Assembly: GCF_009914755.1 (NCBI RefSeq)
Contig: NC_060927.1
Source of the DNA: the human T2T-CHM13v2.0 reference genome, Homo sapiens
DNA: 64,000 bases
Strand: one strand, 5' to 3'
Numbering within the stretch: position 1 is the stretch's first letter; each line of letters starts with the position of its first letter. Both the position numbers and the translations under genes were made by a program. Shown one piece after another: positions 13,257-26,903 of this stretch. The notes under the pieces are model-generated. The model had not been told where the DNA came from. It ran no database searches and saw only the letters and a program-made list of their open reading frames with translations.

Positions 13257-13696
13257 TGTGATGATTAATCTTGTCCATCAACTTGACTGGGCTATGGTGT
13301 CCAGATATTTGGTCAAACATTATTCTGTATGTTTCTGTGAAGGGTTTTTAAATGAGATTAATATTTAAACCAGTGGACTTTGAGTGAAGCAGATTACCCT
13401 CCATACGGTGAATGGGCCTCATCCAATCAGTTCGTTAATTAGGAAAAGACTGACCTCCCTGGAAGAAGAGGAAATTTTACCAGCAGACCATCTATGGACT
13501 CCAGCTGCAACTCTTCCTTGAGTCTCCCGCCTCCTGCCTACGCTGCTGACTTTGGACTTGCCAATCCTCCACGATCATGTAAACCAATTCCTTAAAATAA
13601 ATCTCTCTCTCTCTCTTTCTCCCTCCACACACACATAGACACATAAACACATACCCTATTGGTTGTGTTTCTCTGGAGGACGCTGACTAACATACA
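13257..13696 (+). mobile_element. ERVL MLT2 solo LTR (MLT2B-like)
   Basis: Start TGTGATGATTAAT...CAACTTGACTGGGCTA, GTGAAGCAGATTACCCTCC, internal (TC)/(CA) tract, end CTATTGGTTGTGTTTCTCTGGAGGACGCTGACTAACATACA. Confidence 0.9.
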
Positions 13697-14139
13697 CAGT
13701 GAACTAGAGAAAGTCTACCTGCCCTCAAAACAAAATGGCCAACAAGCTTGAATCTCTCTTAACCACCCTTTTTAATGAAAATGAGTCTACTTAGGAAATT
13801 TGCAAATGTATCACAGGAGACCCCAAACCTAGAAATTAATAAAAGGTTATTCTCAGTAGGCAACATCTCTGGGGCATCTGGAAGGAAGCAAAACTAAAAC
13901 TGTTTAGGAAGAATGTAGGAAGCTTCCACCCTAAGATACACAGGACATTCACAAATAAAGCCCATGAAATATGAACTCACAATTTCAAATTATGAAACAT
14001 ATCCTGGAATAAAATGCCATGAGCCATAGTCAGGAGAATCAATTAACAGCAAATTTAGAGTTTGAAGAACTTTAGACAATAAGAGTATCAAATTCAGAAT
14101 ATAAAAATAAATCATTTATAATATAGAATTTACTTCACT

Positions 14140-14192
14140 GTAAAATTTTGGGCAAGTTACTTAATCTCTACGCCTCAGTTTCCATATCTGTC
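14140..14192 (+). mobile_element. MIR fragment
   Basis: TTGGGCAAGTTACTTAATCTCTACGCCTCAGTTTCC. Confidence 0.75.
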
Positions 14193-14194
14193 AG

Positions 14195-14272
14195 TGGATC
14201 TCTGAAATCTGCATTTTCACAGGATCGCTAAGGGCGTCTGATGCACACTCTGTCTTGGAATCTACTGCCCTG
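14195..14272. mobile_element. MER5-type hAT MITE fragment
   Basis: GAAATCTGCATTTTCACAGG...CTGATGCACAC...CTACTGCCCT. Confidence 0.6.
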
Positions 14273-16084
14273 GTCATACTATGTCAGGAGCATTGTAGGA
14301 CATTACATGTTCGCCTGCCTTCTGGATGGAGGTCATTCTTTCCATTGCCTGCTCACTTTCCTCTCACCCCACACACAGGTAGGATCACTTCCTCCTGAGT
14401 GAAAGGGACATGGAGACTCTGTGTGGTGCATTTACTATTTAATACATGCCTATTACTACCAAGAAAAATGCCATTAGGTTTGGCTGGGAATCTTGGTTGC
14501 CAACCATCTCTGCTGAAGATAAGCAAAGAAATTTAGCCACAGGATCAAGAGCACAGGTGGCCTCAGAACCAAAATATGGTAAGAGTACCAGTTAGCCACC
14601 GCTATTGTTCACCACAGCAAGGAACTGATTAAATTATATTGCTACCCTAAGCTATCAGGGGCTGCAAGAAGGGGACCAACTGAGGAACAAAACTAAGGAT
14701 ATCACGGTAGGAAAAAAATGATCAATACTAAAGCTTCCCAGTGTAAGATTTGATTCTTCAACAAAATATGTAGGGGAGTGGAGGAGAGCACACTAAGGTT
14801 GTTCAGGTTAGAAACAACTGGCTATTTCTCCGAAGGAGAATAATAAGAAAATTGCCCTCGTGTGCAAATTTCAAGTGTAGGTGGGGTCACTTGACAAGGG
14901 ACAGGAAAGGGGGCTTTCTGGAAAGGTGAGTCTGATGGTGGATGCCCTTGGGTTGTGGCAAGAAAGTAGAGCCTTAATTGAGGAAAACAGAGGCAACCAC
15001 AAGAGAGGGTGGGCCCGGGGGGCCAGGGAGGTAAACACATTCCCATAGCTTCAGTGAACACCTGCATGATGATGTTGGAACCTAACTACACACACAGGGA
15101 TGGTCCAGAGGTGGACAAGAGACAGAATCATTAGGAAATGACACCCTGGGAGAAAAAGCACAAAGGAGGTGAGCAATTCACCCAGGGGCCCTGCTAACAC
15201 ACATACTCAAGGAAGCCAGGAGAGAGAGTCACTCCCTTAGTGGTGGGTGGTATGTCCACCCAATGAAAAGAAGTTGCTCCCCTGAGGACACAGGGATGCA
15301 CAAAGGATCACTGGCAGGAGAAAATGCAGCAGGAATGGACTATTCAACCTGGTTGTACATGCTGACAGCTGTTTTTCTTCCTTTTTTTTTTTTTTTTCTC
15401 TCATTAGCCGGACGCTATCCACTTTGGGAGTGGAGGGCACTTCCCACGCACCAGGGTAGTATGTACCTATGTCTCACCACTTGCTGGCAGAGTTTAAAGA
15501 GTAAGCTCATCTTGCCCTCAAGGAAAGGGGAGCCAGTTTTTATGATTGCTAAATATCGGAGCTCTGGGTTTTAATGAGCCAAAGTTAATTGTGAAAGAAT
15601 AAAATAGAGCTTTTGTGTGTCAGAACCGGAAGGAAGACTGTGGGAATAGGAGCAAGCAAATAGGATCTGGGGTAGAGCCTGGAAGCTCGAGACGTGCCAT
15701 CTGAACACCTAGAGGGGAGGTTGGTGGGGGGTCCAAGACCCCTAGTATGTGATAGGGTTAGTGATGCCTTCTTTACTTTGGCGACATTACAGAATTAGGG
15801 TGGAAATCCCCAGATACTAGCTTTTACACCAGAAGACAACTTATTAGCCCTTCTGGGGATGTGAGTGGCATAACCAGGACACCAGGGGAGACAATCTGTT
15901 ATTTCATAGCAAGTTGCTGACAACATCTGCTACTGACCTATCATGCACAGGCTTGTCTGGAGGGCATATCCAGGCAAACAAAAGGCACTAAACCCACTTG
16001 TGGCTTTACCTCTTTAAAGGAGATAGCACAGCAAAAAACATTCCATCCTGTAAAACAACAATAACCCAAGTAGAGCCCAGGGAT

Positions 16085-16457
16085 ACACAGGCCTACCTCA
16101 GGCCTCTTGCACTTGCTGTTCCCTCTGCTGAGGACTTTCTATAGATATTTGTGTGATCCCCTCCCTCACTTCACTCCATTGTCTTCTGAAATACCAGTCC
16201 CTCAGAGAGGCCTTCTATGGCCATCCCAACTGAAATAGCACCACCCTCAACCCTAACTCTGCCTGAATTTTCTTCAGAACACATGTTACTCTTTGTATCA
16301 TTCCGCATATTTATTTATTTATTTTCTGTATCTCTCTAAGATATATGCTTCAAGAGGGCAGATAATTTGTTTATTTTGTTCACTGCTATATCCCGATTAT
16401 CTAGAGCAATGCCTGGTACATGATAGGCATTCAGTTAATATTAGTGAGTAAATGGAC
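16085..16457 (+). mobile_element. L2 3' end
   Basis: CTTGCACTTGCTGTTCCCTCTGC...TTTTGTTCACTGCTATATCCC...GCCTGGTACATGATAGGCATTCAG. Confidence 0.85.
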
Positions 16458-17534
16458 CATCAAAATAGAAAAATTAGCCCCTGCGTAAATACTTTAGTTA
16501 AAACATAGGTATATTCATAGGGGTTTTATTTCAAGTCAGTGGGGTATCATCCTAGCCTAATGTTTAGCTGTTACAAGCTAAAGAAAACCAGATTGTCTTA
16601 CTAAACCACTCTGCTATTAAAAAAGAAAAAGTTGTCTAGAGCCTGACTCTAGACCTGTTGGGCTGCTCCATCGATTGATTTCTCAGCCATTGATTAATCT
16701 TTGTGTAGTTGTCAGAGCTTGAGAACATCAATCAGCTAATAGCTGTCACTAATCCACAAGCAAGGAAACAGGGTCTGTCCAGTCACTTCTGTCCTTGGCT
16801 TCATTGTTTTCCTTCTTTAATGTAAATGTAATTCAATTTCCTTCTTTAAATGTAAAGCAATACAAGGATGATGTAAAATAAATTCAATGCAAAACAGTAT
16901 ACGATAAAAAGTAAATTTCCTCTTAACATCAGTGACCCTTGGCCTCCCTCATCAGGAACATCTATTGGTATCTCATTGTGGTTACAATTTATACTGCCCT
17001 CATTACAAAGAAATTAATCAGCTTTTCATGCTTTGTTTTGTGTTTTTTTGGCCATTTGTATATCCTCTTCTCTAAGTGATTTGTTCTGAGCCCCTTGCCT
17101 ATTTTTTCATTGGGTTTTATGCCTTTTTCTTTTGAATTTGTTGAACTTTACATTCCAGATACAGGTCCTCTGTCAATTTTGTGTTTCAGATATTTTCTCC
17201 TACTCTTTGGCTTGCATTTTCATGTTATTTTTGTGAACAGAAGTTACTGATTTTGAGCCTGATTTTGATAACCATTTCCTTACGATAGTCAGTGTTTTTG
17301 TTTCTTATTTAATCCAAGATAATGAAGATATTTTCCTACATTGTCTTCTAGAGAATTTATTGTTTTGCCTTTCACATTTATGTTTAAAATTCACCTGGAA
17401 TTTAGTTTTGTGTAATGTGAAGTAGGGATTCAGTTAAATGTTTTCATGTTGATACCCCATTGATATCCCATTGTTTCAGCACCATTTATGGGAAAGTCTT
17501 TTTTCTAATCTTCTGTAGTAGTGCCTTGATTTAA

Positions 17535-17920
<386 letters not shown>

Positions 17921-18844
17921 TAGACCTTAATTATTAGACCTTTATAATAGTCCTTGTTTGCTAGAGCAAATCATCCTGCTTTATGTTTCTTCTTCAACAA
18001 TGTCTTGGTTATTCTTGGCCCTTTGCACTTCCATATAAATTCTAGAAAGAACTTATTAATTTTCAGAAAACAAAAACCTATTCATATTTCATTTGAGACA
18101 TCAATTTAATAAGAATCTTTTATGATATTGAGTTTTCTAATCTCTGAACATGGTGTGCCTTTCACATACACATACACAGATATGTAATTTTGGGGGGAGA
18201 GGCTTTCTAGTTTACAAAGTATTTTATACTATTATACAGACAATTTATTTTATTTATAATTTGTTTATCGCTAATACATGTAGAAATGAAATGGATACAA
18301 ATGTAGATTGATTTTGCATTCTACAATATTGCTATTAAGTCTGATTTATTTGTAATACTCTTGAATGTTCTGTGTATATGATCATAGCATATCTCAATAA
18401 TGGCAATTTTGTTTCTTCCATTCTAATCACTATGTATTTTATTTATTATTCTTACCTTACTGAACTGTTCAGGACCTCCAGGAAAATGTCGACTAGAAGA
18501 CGTGATAACTGTACCAGTTATTTCTTGTTGCTGATCCCAAAGAAAAAGGCTTTAGTATTTCATCATTAAATATAATGTTTCTGCAGTTTTTTTAAATTAG
18601 ATACTCTTTAATTGAATAAGGAATTCTCCTTCTCCTCCTAGCTCATTGTTATTTTTAAGATTATGAATGAATATTGAATTTTGCCAAATACGTCTGCATT
18701 TTTTGAAAAACATGATTTTTCCATTCTTATTTCTTAATTTGGCAGAACACATTAATGGGTTTGCTAATGTTCTACTAACCTTGCATTTGCATTTCTGGAC
18801 TAAATCTAAGTTGGTTATGATGTATTTTCTATATACATATATAT

Positions 18845-18848
<4 letters not shown>

Positions 18849-18881
<33 letters not shown>
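18849..18881. repeat. (TG)n microsatellite
   Basis: Read directly. Confidence 0.98.
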
Positions 18882-18884
<3 letters not shown>

Positions 18885-19400
18885 ATAGGATTGTGTTTGC
18901 TAACTTTTTAAAGGAATTTTTAATGTATGATCATGAGTAAAATTAACTTACTTTTGTCTCTTATTCTGGTCTTATCAGGCTTGGTATGAAGTTATACCGG
19001 CATCATAAAATGAATTGAGGCATTTTTTTTTATAATTTTCTGTTCTCCAAAAGAGTTTGTTAAAGATTGGCATTATTTCTTCCTTAAATTTTTATGGAAT
19101 TTAACAATGATAGCTTTGGGGCCTATAGTTTTATATAGGGGAAGTATTTTTTTAATTATGGATTTAATTTATTCAATAATAATAGGATTATTCAGGTGTT
19201 TAAAATTCTCGCTTCCTGTCTTTTTTGTAAATCGTATTTTTCTAGGATTTTTTCCATGCATTTTAATTTTCAAGCTATTTGGCATAATGTTTAAAACATT
19301 CTTTCATTGTCATTTTAATGTCTGTATAATATTATTACACTGATCATTTGTGTGACTTTTTCTCCTTTTTTGGATCAATCTTACCAAAATTTTATCAATT

Positions 19401-19713
<313 letters not shown>

Positions 19714-19994
19714 TAAGCTTTCCAAATAATCAAATGTGTTGGTCCTGTTGATTTTTCTCTTTCATATGTTCGCTTTCTATTTTATTAATATCTATGTTTT
19801 TCTGTATTCTTTCCATTTATTTACCTTCTTTTTGTAATTATCTGAGATGAATAAATCTTGGCTTGGTAATTATATATAGAATTACTAAGCTGAGATTCAG
19901 AGAAGAGGGATGAACCTGGAACTTGGAGCCACTTTTGCCCAGGAGATAATTTATATATACATGTATATATATTCAGTGTATGTACACATAAATG

Positions 19995-20348
19995 AGGGCG
20001 GTTGGCTCTAAGCAACAAACACTCACCTCTGCATAACTTAAGCACAAAATAGCCACTCACAGAATGGAAGGAAGGGCTGAAGAACCAGGTTTCAAAGAGA
20101 ATAGGTGCGAGGGCAGGCCAGGGATCTGGGAAGCAGAAACTACTATTTTTTTATTGCTCTGTTCAAAAGTCAAATTCCAAGAAGTGAGCATCTGATCTGT
20201 GTCAAGTGCCCACCTCTTGGCTAGGAGCAGGTAGGGCAGACTGCATGCAGTGAGAAAGACTGGTTCCTCTGAAGCAAATTCAGAGGCTATTTATCAGAAG
20301 ATTTGGGAATGAATAATGGGCAGACAAAAATAACAAATGTTCACTGTA
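19995..20348 (-). mobile_element. Old MaLR MLT1 LTR relic
   Basis: GCAACAAACACTCACCTCTG...AACTTAAGC and terminal GGGCAGACAAAAATAACAAATGTTCACTGTA resemble reverse MLT1K/L/M. Confidence 0.55.
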
Positions 20349-20521
20349 GAGAGAGAAAAAGAAATACAGCAGGAGAGACACAGGAGCAAGGAAGCAGAAG
20401 AGAAAGAAAGAAAAGTGGAGAGAAATTGGTAAAATGAGGTGGGGTGGTTTGGATGTGTGAGCCATCCGAAATGAGAGAATGTGCCAACCATCAAGAAAAA
20501 TCATTGAAGCTCTTCCCCTAT

Positions 20522-21058
20522 CCAGGGACACATATGACTTTTGTCAGTCTTCATGGGCCCCTTCCTCCATTAAAAATACTAAAAATTGGCTGGGCGCAGT
20601 GGCTCATGCCTGTAATCCCTGCACTTTGGGAGGCCGAGGCGGGTGGATCACGAGGTCAGGAGGTTGAGACCATCCTGGCTAACATGGTGAAGCCCCGTCT
20701 CTACTAAAAATACAAAAAATTAGCCGGATGTGGTGGCAGGCGCCTGTAGCCCCAGCTACCTGGGAGGCTGAGGCAGGAGAATGGCATGAACCCGGGAGGC
20801 GGAGCTGCAGTGAGCCGAGATCGCACCACTGCACTCCAGCCTGGGCGACGGAGCAAGACTCCGTCTCAAAAAAAAGAAAAATTAAAAATCATATTTTATG
20901 ACGGTATTGGTATAAAGACAAATGTAATTCAGACTGGATTTATTGTTATGTATCATGATTATTATATTCATGTTTTTCTTCTGATCTTAAAAGGAATCAA
21001 AATTAAGACATTTTTATGAACCCCTAAAAGTATCGTGGGCCCTAGATGCTCTGCCTAC
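20522..21058. mobile_element. hAT-type non-autonomous DNA element, interrupted by AluY
   Basis: CAGGG start, subterminal ATGGGCCCC / GTGGGCCCTAG motifs typical of hAT-Tip100 MITEs, AT-rich interior. Family not pinned down. Confidence 0.45.
20588..20880 (+). mobile_element. AluY
   Basis: Y diagnostics: GGATCACGAGGTC (2-bp deletion), GACCATCCTGGCTAAC, GAGAATGGCATGAACCCGGGAGGCGGAGC. Many CpGs retained. Confidence 0.93.
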
Positions 21059-21072
21059 TCCTTCTTCTCTTC

Positions 21073-21494
21073 TGTAAGATGCAGCTTGCATTGGCATTTG
21101 CTGCCGTCTCCATGCACGTCAGTCCATCTTCCAGCTGCCAGCACCCAAAGCACTTTGCCCGAGAGCTCTCTCTGGCTGCTGGAGGCAGCTATTTGACATC
21201 CTTATCCCACAGCTCTTAAACAATAGGTAATGGGAGATGGTATTTAAATACCCCAAATCCTTACCCCTCAGAGGCACATGTTCTTCATCAACTCCCAGAG
21301 GACCTAAGCAAGATTAACCTCTAGTCCCCCAGTGTGGTAACTTGGTTAGTATGAACTTCTGTTGGCTACTTTCCCTTTCCTGTTTCACTCCTCCACTGCC
21401 CTGCCAGTGGTTTCCGGGATCTCCTCCCCTCAAAAAAACATTCACACTCAAATCCTTGTCTCAGTCTGCTGCTGGGAGAACTCAAACTGAGACA
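21073..21494 (+). mobile_element. ERVL solo LTR (LTR33-like)
   Basis: TG start, TAAATACCCC...GTGGTAACTTG...CACTCAAATCCTTGTCTCAG...AACTCAAACTGAGACA end. Confidence 0.8.
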
Positions 21495-21499
21495 CCACA

Positions 21500-22017
21500 G
21501 AGACAGTTCAGATATGAGTCCCTGTCCAAATCTCATGTTGAATTGTAATCCCCAGTATTGGAGGTAGGGCCTGGTGCAGGTGATTCAGTCAAAGGGGTGG
21601 ATGCAGGTGATTAAGTCAAAGGGGTGGATGCAGGTGATTAAGTCAAAGGGGTGGATGCAGGTGATTAAGTCAAAGGGGTGGATGCAGGTGATTCAGTCAA
21701 AGGGGTGAATTTCTCATGAGTGGTTTAGCGCCATCCCCTTGGTGCCATCACTACTCGTGATAGTGAGTGACTTCTTGCAAGATCTGGCTATTTAAAAGTG
21801 TGTGGCACCTCGCTCTCTCACTCTTGCTCCTGCTTTCACCATGTGGCATGCCTGCTCTGCCTTAGCCTTCTACCATGAAGCTTCCTGAAACTTCTCTAGA
21901 AACCTAGCAGACATTAGCACCATGCTTCCTATGAAGCCCGCAGAAGCAATTAAACCTCTTTGTAAATTACCCAGTCTCAGGTATTTCTATATAGCAATGC
22001 AAGAACAGCCTAACACA
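21500..22017 (+). mobile_element. MaLR MST solo LTR (MSTA/B-like) with an internal minisatellite
   Basis: CCAAATCTCATGTTGAATTGTAATCCCCAG 5' part and AAATTACCCAGTCTCAGGTATTTC...GCAATGCAAGAACAGCCTAACACA 3' end. Confidence 0.92.
21575..21709. repeat. 27-bp tandem repeat x5 (TGCAGGTGATT[C/A]AGTCAAAGGGGTGGA)
   Basis: Units start at 21575, 21602, 21629, 21656 and 21683. Confidence 0.98.
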
Positions 22018-22857
22018 ACTCCACTTCAGGTTAGCTTGCACTGGGGCATGAGGAAACAAAGCTCTCTAAAATATCAGCCTTACAACCAAATACAAAGGGC
22101 TAGTGACTTCACTCTGCAGAGAGGGGAAGGACAAAGAGTCTTCTACTAATTATTTTCTTACAGAGCTGTGACCTTGTTGGGAGGGGTAATCTGGCCTTGA
22201 ATATTTCCTTGGTTCACTGTTGTGAAAATATTATTCCAGAAGTTTTTCTGGTCATCGGACTTTCTTAGCCTGGCATTTATTCTTGTTTCAATTTCATATG
22301 AAAACTTTAGTGTTGGCCAAAGAATGCTGGACTATTTAATTCTATCAAAGCCTGGTGAAATCTTTCTTCCTGGTGTTTTGGCTGGCGGAGTTACTTAATT
22401 TGTACAAACCAACAGCAACAGGGCAAAGCACTTTGACAATATAAAGGGTTATGGAAGGAATAATTCACATTAATCATCTGAGTTATGCTTTCATTTGCTT
22501 TAATGTGGTGGATTTGGCCATGGGGGCAGTAGGTCTTATGACTGCCCCTCAGAATAAAAGTTTAAAGGAATGTGTATTTCTGGAAAATCACTTTTCTGTA
22601 ACACACCCAGAGTTCTTTTAAAGATACTTTAGTTTGCAAAACTTCAAATGAAGAGCCATTATTTACTTTATAATCCAAGGCAGAGCCAATGGGAAACCCT
22701 GGGAGAGAAGAAGCTGGAGGAATCATACATGTTTTCATGGTGGAACTTTGCAACAAATGTAATTTATTTTTTCTTTAAAATAGTTCTTATGGTTTTTCCC
22801 ACATTGTTACATGGGCAATTTTCATCTCTGGTGTTCCTAAGGAGTCAGATCACAAAA

Positions 22858-23085
22858 CAGCATAATGCTTAACAACATGAGCTTCAAACTCAGAAAGATC
22901 TGGGTTTGAATCCTACCACTTGTGTGTGACTTTGGACTGGTTACCTAACCTCTCTATACCCCTGTAGACTGAAGATAATTATTTTACCCTCCTCATATAC
23001 ACATGAGGTTAGTGAGGGTATAAAAAATAATGCACAACAGTACTTAGCATGCACTGAATGTATTATGTACTAACTATTACTATTT
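22858..23085 (+). mobile_element. MIR SINE
   Basis: CTGGGTTTGAATCCTACCACTTGTGTGTGACTTTGG...TTACCTAACCTCTC. Confidence 0.8.
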
Positions 23086-23752
23086 TTTGTTTCTTGATCT
23101 TAGCCAATGTTCCCTTAACCTGAATCCCTCTAATAACTTTTCTAGACACTCATAACATCCTCAGCAACTACCAAGCAGTTTCCACTCAAGGCCAGCGTGT
23201 CCTCTGCATGGCTGATCATCTGGTGTAAGATCTAGAGCTACAAAATCCTGCCCACACCTTCGAGTCTCCTGGGAGCCTGATCCCAAGCTTCTGTCCCCTT
23301 GTCCACCATGTCAGACACTCTTTAGGATTAGGTGACTAGGGTGGGACTTGGTCAAGTCTGGTGTTATGATCTCTAAAGGCCACTAAAAAGCTAACTGGCC
23401 ACCTACAAGGGATTTGAGGGCTTGCCTCAACCTTTTCGCCTTAGTGAAGGCAAGGTAATTAGGTGACACAATGAGCAGAGGCCTGGAGCACGGAGAGGCA
23501 AGAAAAGTAAACTTCAGTAGGGGATACTGAGGGTACATCAGAACCCCAAGACGTCCAAGGCAACCAGGGCACACAGGGAAAAGACGAGGGTAGGCTGTGG
23601 TCAGAGCTGTCCAGATGAAGTCCAGAAGTGAGATGGCCACCAGAGATGAGTATGAACTTTGACATCCTCAACAGTCAACCCAGATGACCCAGGAGCTCAA
23701 AGTAACAACCACAAAAATAGTAACACATTCTACTGGTCTTTTGCTTTATCTC

Positions 23753-24414
<662 letters not shown>

Positions 24415-25742
24415 ATCTCCATATCTGGTAGAGTGCTAAGCAGTGGCTGCTTCATGTAATAGTCACCAACATCCATGTGTGTTTCTGGGGCAGAAGTGCC
24501 AAGGCAGAGCCCGCAGTCAGCAGTGGGAGATCTGGGAAGAAGTCTCCACCTCAGCCCTTCCATTCACAAGCTGAGCGACAAGGGCAAACCACACAGCCTC
24601 CTGAATCTCAATAGATTCACTCTGCTGGGCAGTGGGGAGAGCCAAATGAGGCAGGGCACATGAGCTGCTCTGTAAATTTTACAGGGTCGTGCGAATAATA
24701 TGTGACTCAACTTACTGTGCTTAACCCAGGGTCTGGCACCTGTAGTAAGGTGTTAATATTGAAGTTTCCACAGACACAATGAAACACAATAGTGTGAAAT
24801 TCCAAAGCCAGATCTCTCATGCAAAAATTATAAGGAAAATTGTGAGGAACTGGTTTCATAACTTCTAAGTCCCCTCTTACCTACTCTGGGAATACAAAAA
24901 GAGAGAGAGAGAATGAGAGAATTTTGAACATGTGTGTGAGTATGTCTGATGTATTCATTTTTCAGAGAAAGCTGTGGTCATGTCATGAGGCTTCCCACTC
25001 CACCCATGGGAAAGAGGTAGGGAGTGCCGTCTTTGCCTCAGATTTAGCAAGGAGGCTTCCACGGGATCACTCAGAAAACTGTGAAACGCATTGCCTGCAT
25101 TTGAAAGTGTGGGAGGAAAGATCAGTGTCTTACTGTGCAACTGACAGAGATAAAATGGCCATGGTTTCAAGGTTGAGGGGGTGGGGCTGGGTGGAGGTGG
25201 GCCCTGCAGGAGAGAGGAACAGAGTGGGATTTGCTTGGGTTCATCTCAACAGGGGCCCCAGGAGCTGAGGGGAGATGCTGGATCTCTAGGGGCTGTGGAA
25301 GAGCCCTCAACTGACTCCTGGAAGCGAGAAGCATCTGTTAGGATGAAGGGAACACCCAGTGAAGGGCCAACAGGAGACCTTCAAGGAGCCCCCAGATGCT
25401 CCCTAAGAAAAATGATCAGCTCCAAACACCTGCCATACCAAGAAAAAACAGATCTAGTTCTATTCACAATCAAGCAGATTTTTCCTGCTCCTACATCTCC
25501 ATTCTCCCTCTGCAGCTACCCCTGACAGTCAGCAACTGTCCACCACGTTGGGCTCTGTACAGACTGATGGTTCTGTATTGTGAATATACTCTCCCCAGAG
25601 ACACTGTTCAACTGCAGAAATCTGCCCCTGTGCCTTTAGAATTCACCAGCATCCTGGGGTGAAAGAGATCCAAGGGAAGTTTTACCTTTCTCTCTGCCTC
25701 TTGGCAGGCAACCTGGAACAAGTCTTGATGCATGATCCCAAA

Positions 25743-25921
25743 CCAGACTAGCTACATAATCTGTGGGGCCTAAGGTAAGATGAAAAGGTAGGGACCCTTG
25801 TTTAGAAATTATTAAGAATTTTAAGACAGCAATAACAGAACATTAAACCAAGAGTAGGGCCCTTCTAAGTGTGGAGTCCTATGTAAACTGCACAGGTCAG
25901 GGGCCCACGAAGCTGGCCCTG
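25743..25921 (-). mobile_element. MER45A (hAT-Tip100 MITE)
   Basis: Ends CTGCACAGGTC...CCCACGAAGCTGGCCCTG, internal AAATTATTAAGAATTTTAAGACAGC. Near-match 8-bp TSD ATCCCAAA / ACCCCAAA. Confidence 0.85.
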
Positions 25922-26699
25922 ACCCCAAATTATCTCTTCCATTAGTAAGCACTTATAGAGGAGTCCGGAATGTGGCTGCCTTTGAGGGAGATCTTCCTTA
26001 AACTGCACCCTTCACAGTGAATTAAACAAGCATCAGCCAGCAGTTCTCTTCTACCTCCTTCAAGCAGGAAACTAAGGCAATGGGAGCTGACTAGTGGCCG
26101 TTGTAACAGGGGAATTCTATGAATGCAAGAAAGTCTCAGCCCAGCAATGTGGCCATGGGTCCCAGAGGAAAAAATTCCTTGGCAGGTAGTCTTCATGTGA
26201 GAGCTCGGGACGGCTGGAACATTTATTTACCTGCAATCATGAGAACTGAAGAGTGACTCTCAGCTCACAATAGCATGGGCTGGTCCTGAGCTGTTCAGGA
26301 TTTTGTGGGCTGGGTGGTGTAAATCCTGGCCAGATTCTCCTGGGAGGCAGCCATACCCCCCGTGGGCAGGAAAACCTCCTGAGAGACTAAACAGGGCAAG
26401 CTTTTAAAAAAACAAAATAATTAGTAGAAGGAAGAGTGAGCACTTTCAAGGGGTCCCCTTCGGGGTCCTCACGCCTTTAACCACCCCTCCCTTCTTGGCT
26501 CACTGGTGAGTGTCAGCCCAGCGGGGACACAAAGAGATCCCAGCTACATATCAGCAGCTCGCAAAGCAGAAGAAAGGCTCTGGTGTCCGGGCTTACTCCT
26601 GTTCCTTCATCGTCTTAGAAATAGGGACTTGGAGGCAAACAGTCCCATTACAATGACGAAGACTACTCTCAACATGATGCACCCAAATGAATGCATTTA

Positions 26700-26828
26700 C
26701 CAGTTTGATGTCTGCCTTTCTTCCTGGTTTGTAAGCTCTATGAGGGAATGGGCTGTGCCTACCTGATTTCTTGTGTGCCAGAGTGTACAAAACATGTTTC
26801 AATGTATTTGTTGAATAAATGAATGAAT
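26700..26828 (+). mobile_element. L2 3' end
   Basis: GTAAGCTCTATGAGGG...TATTTGTTGAATAAATGAATGAAT. Confidence 0.8.
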
Positions 26829-26903
26829 TTAAAAGGGAGAAGTGAATGGAAATTTTGTAGAGATTTGTCAGGGCTCCTTAAAAGGCCTGGCTCTATCTCC
26901 ACT

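Noticed and set aside
13700-14125. Possible old L1/HAL1 5' fragment (other unassigned relic-like tracts at 7340-7800, 14840-15830, 23380-23690, 32160-32800)
   Set aside because: They look like decayed repeats, but I cannot assign family or boundaries with enough support. A Dfam search is needed.
21575-21709. CRISPR-like array of 27-bp repeats
   Set aside because: Units are contiguous with no spacers, they lie inside a MaLR LTR in primate DNA, and there are no cas genes.
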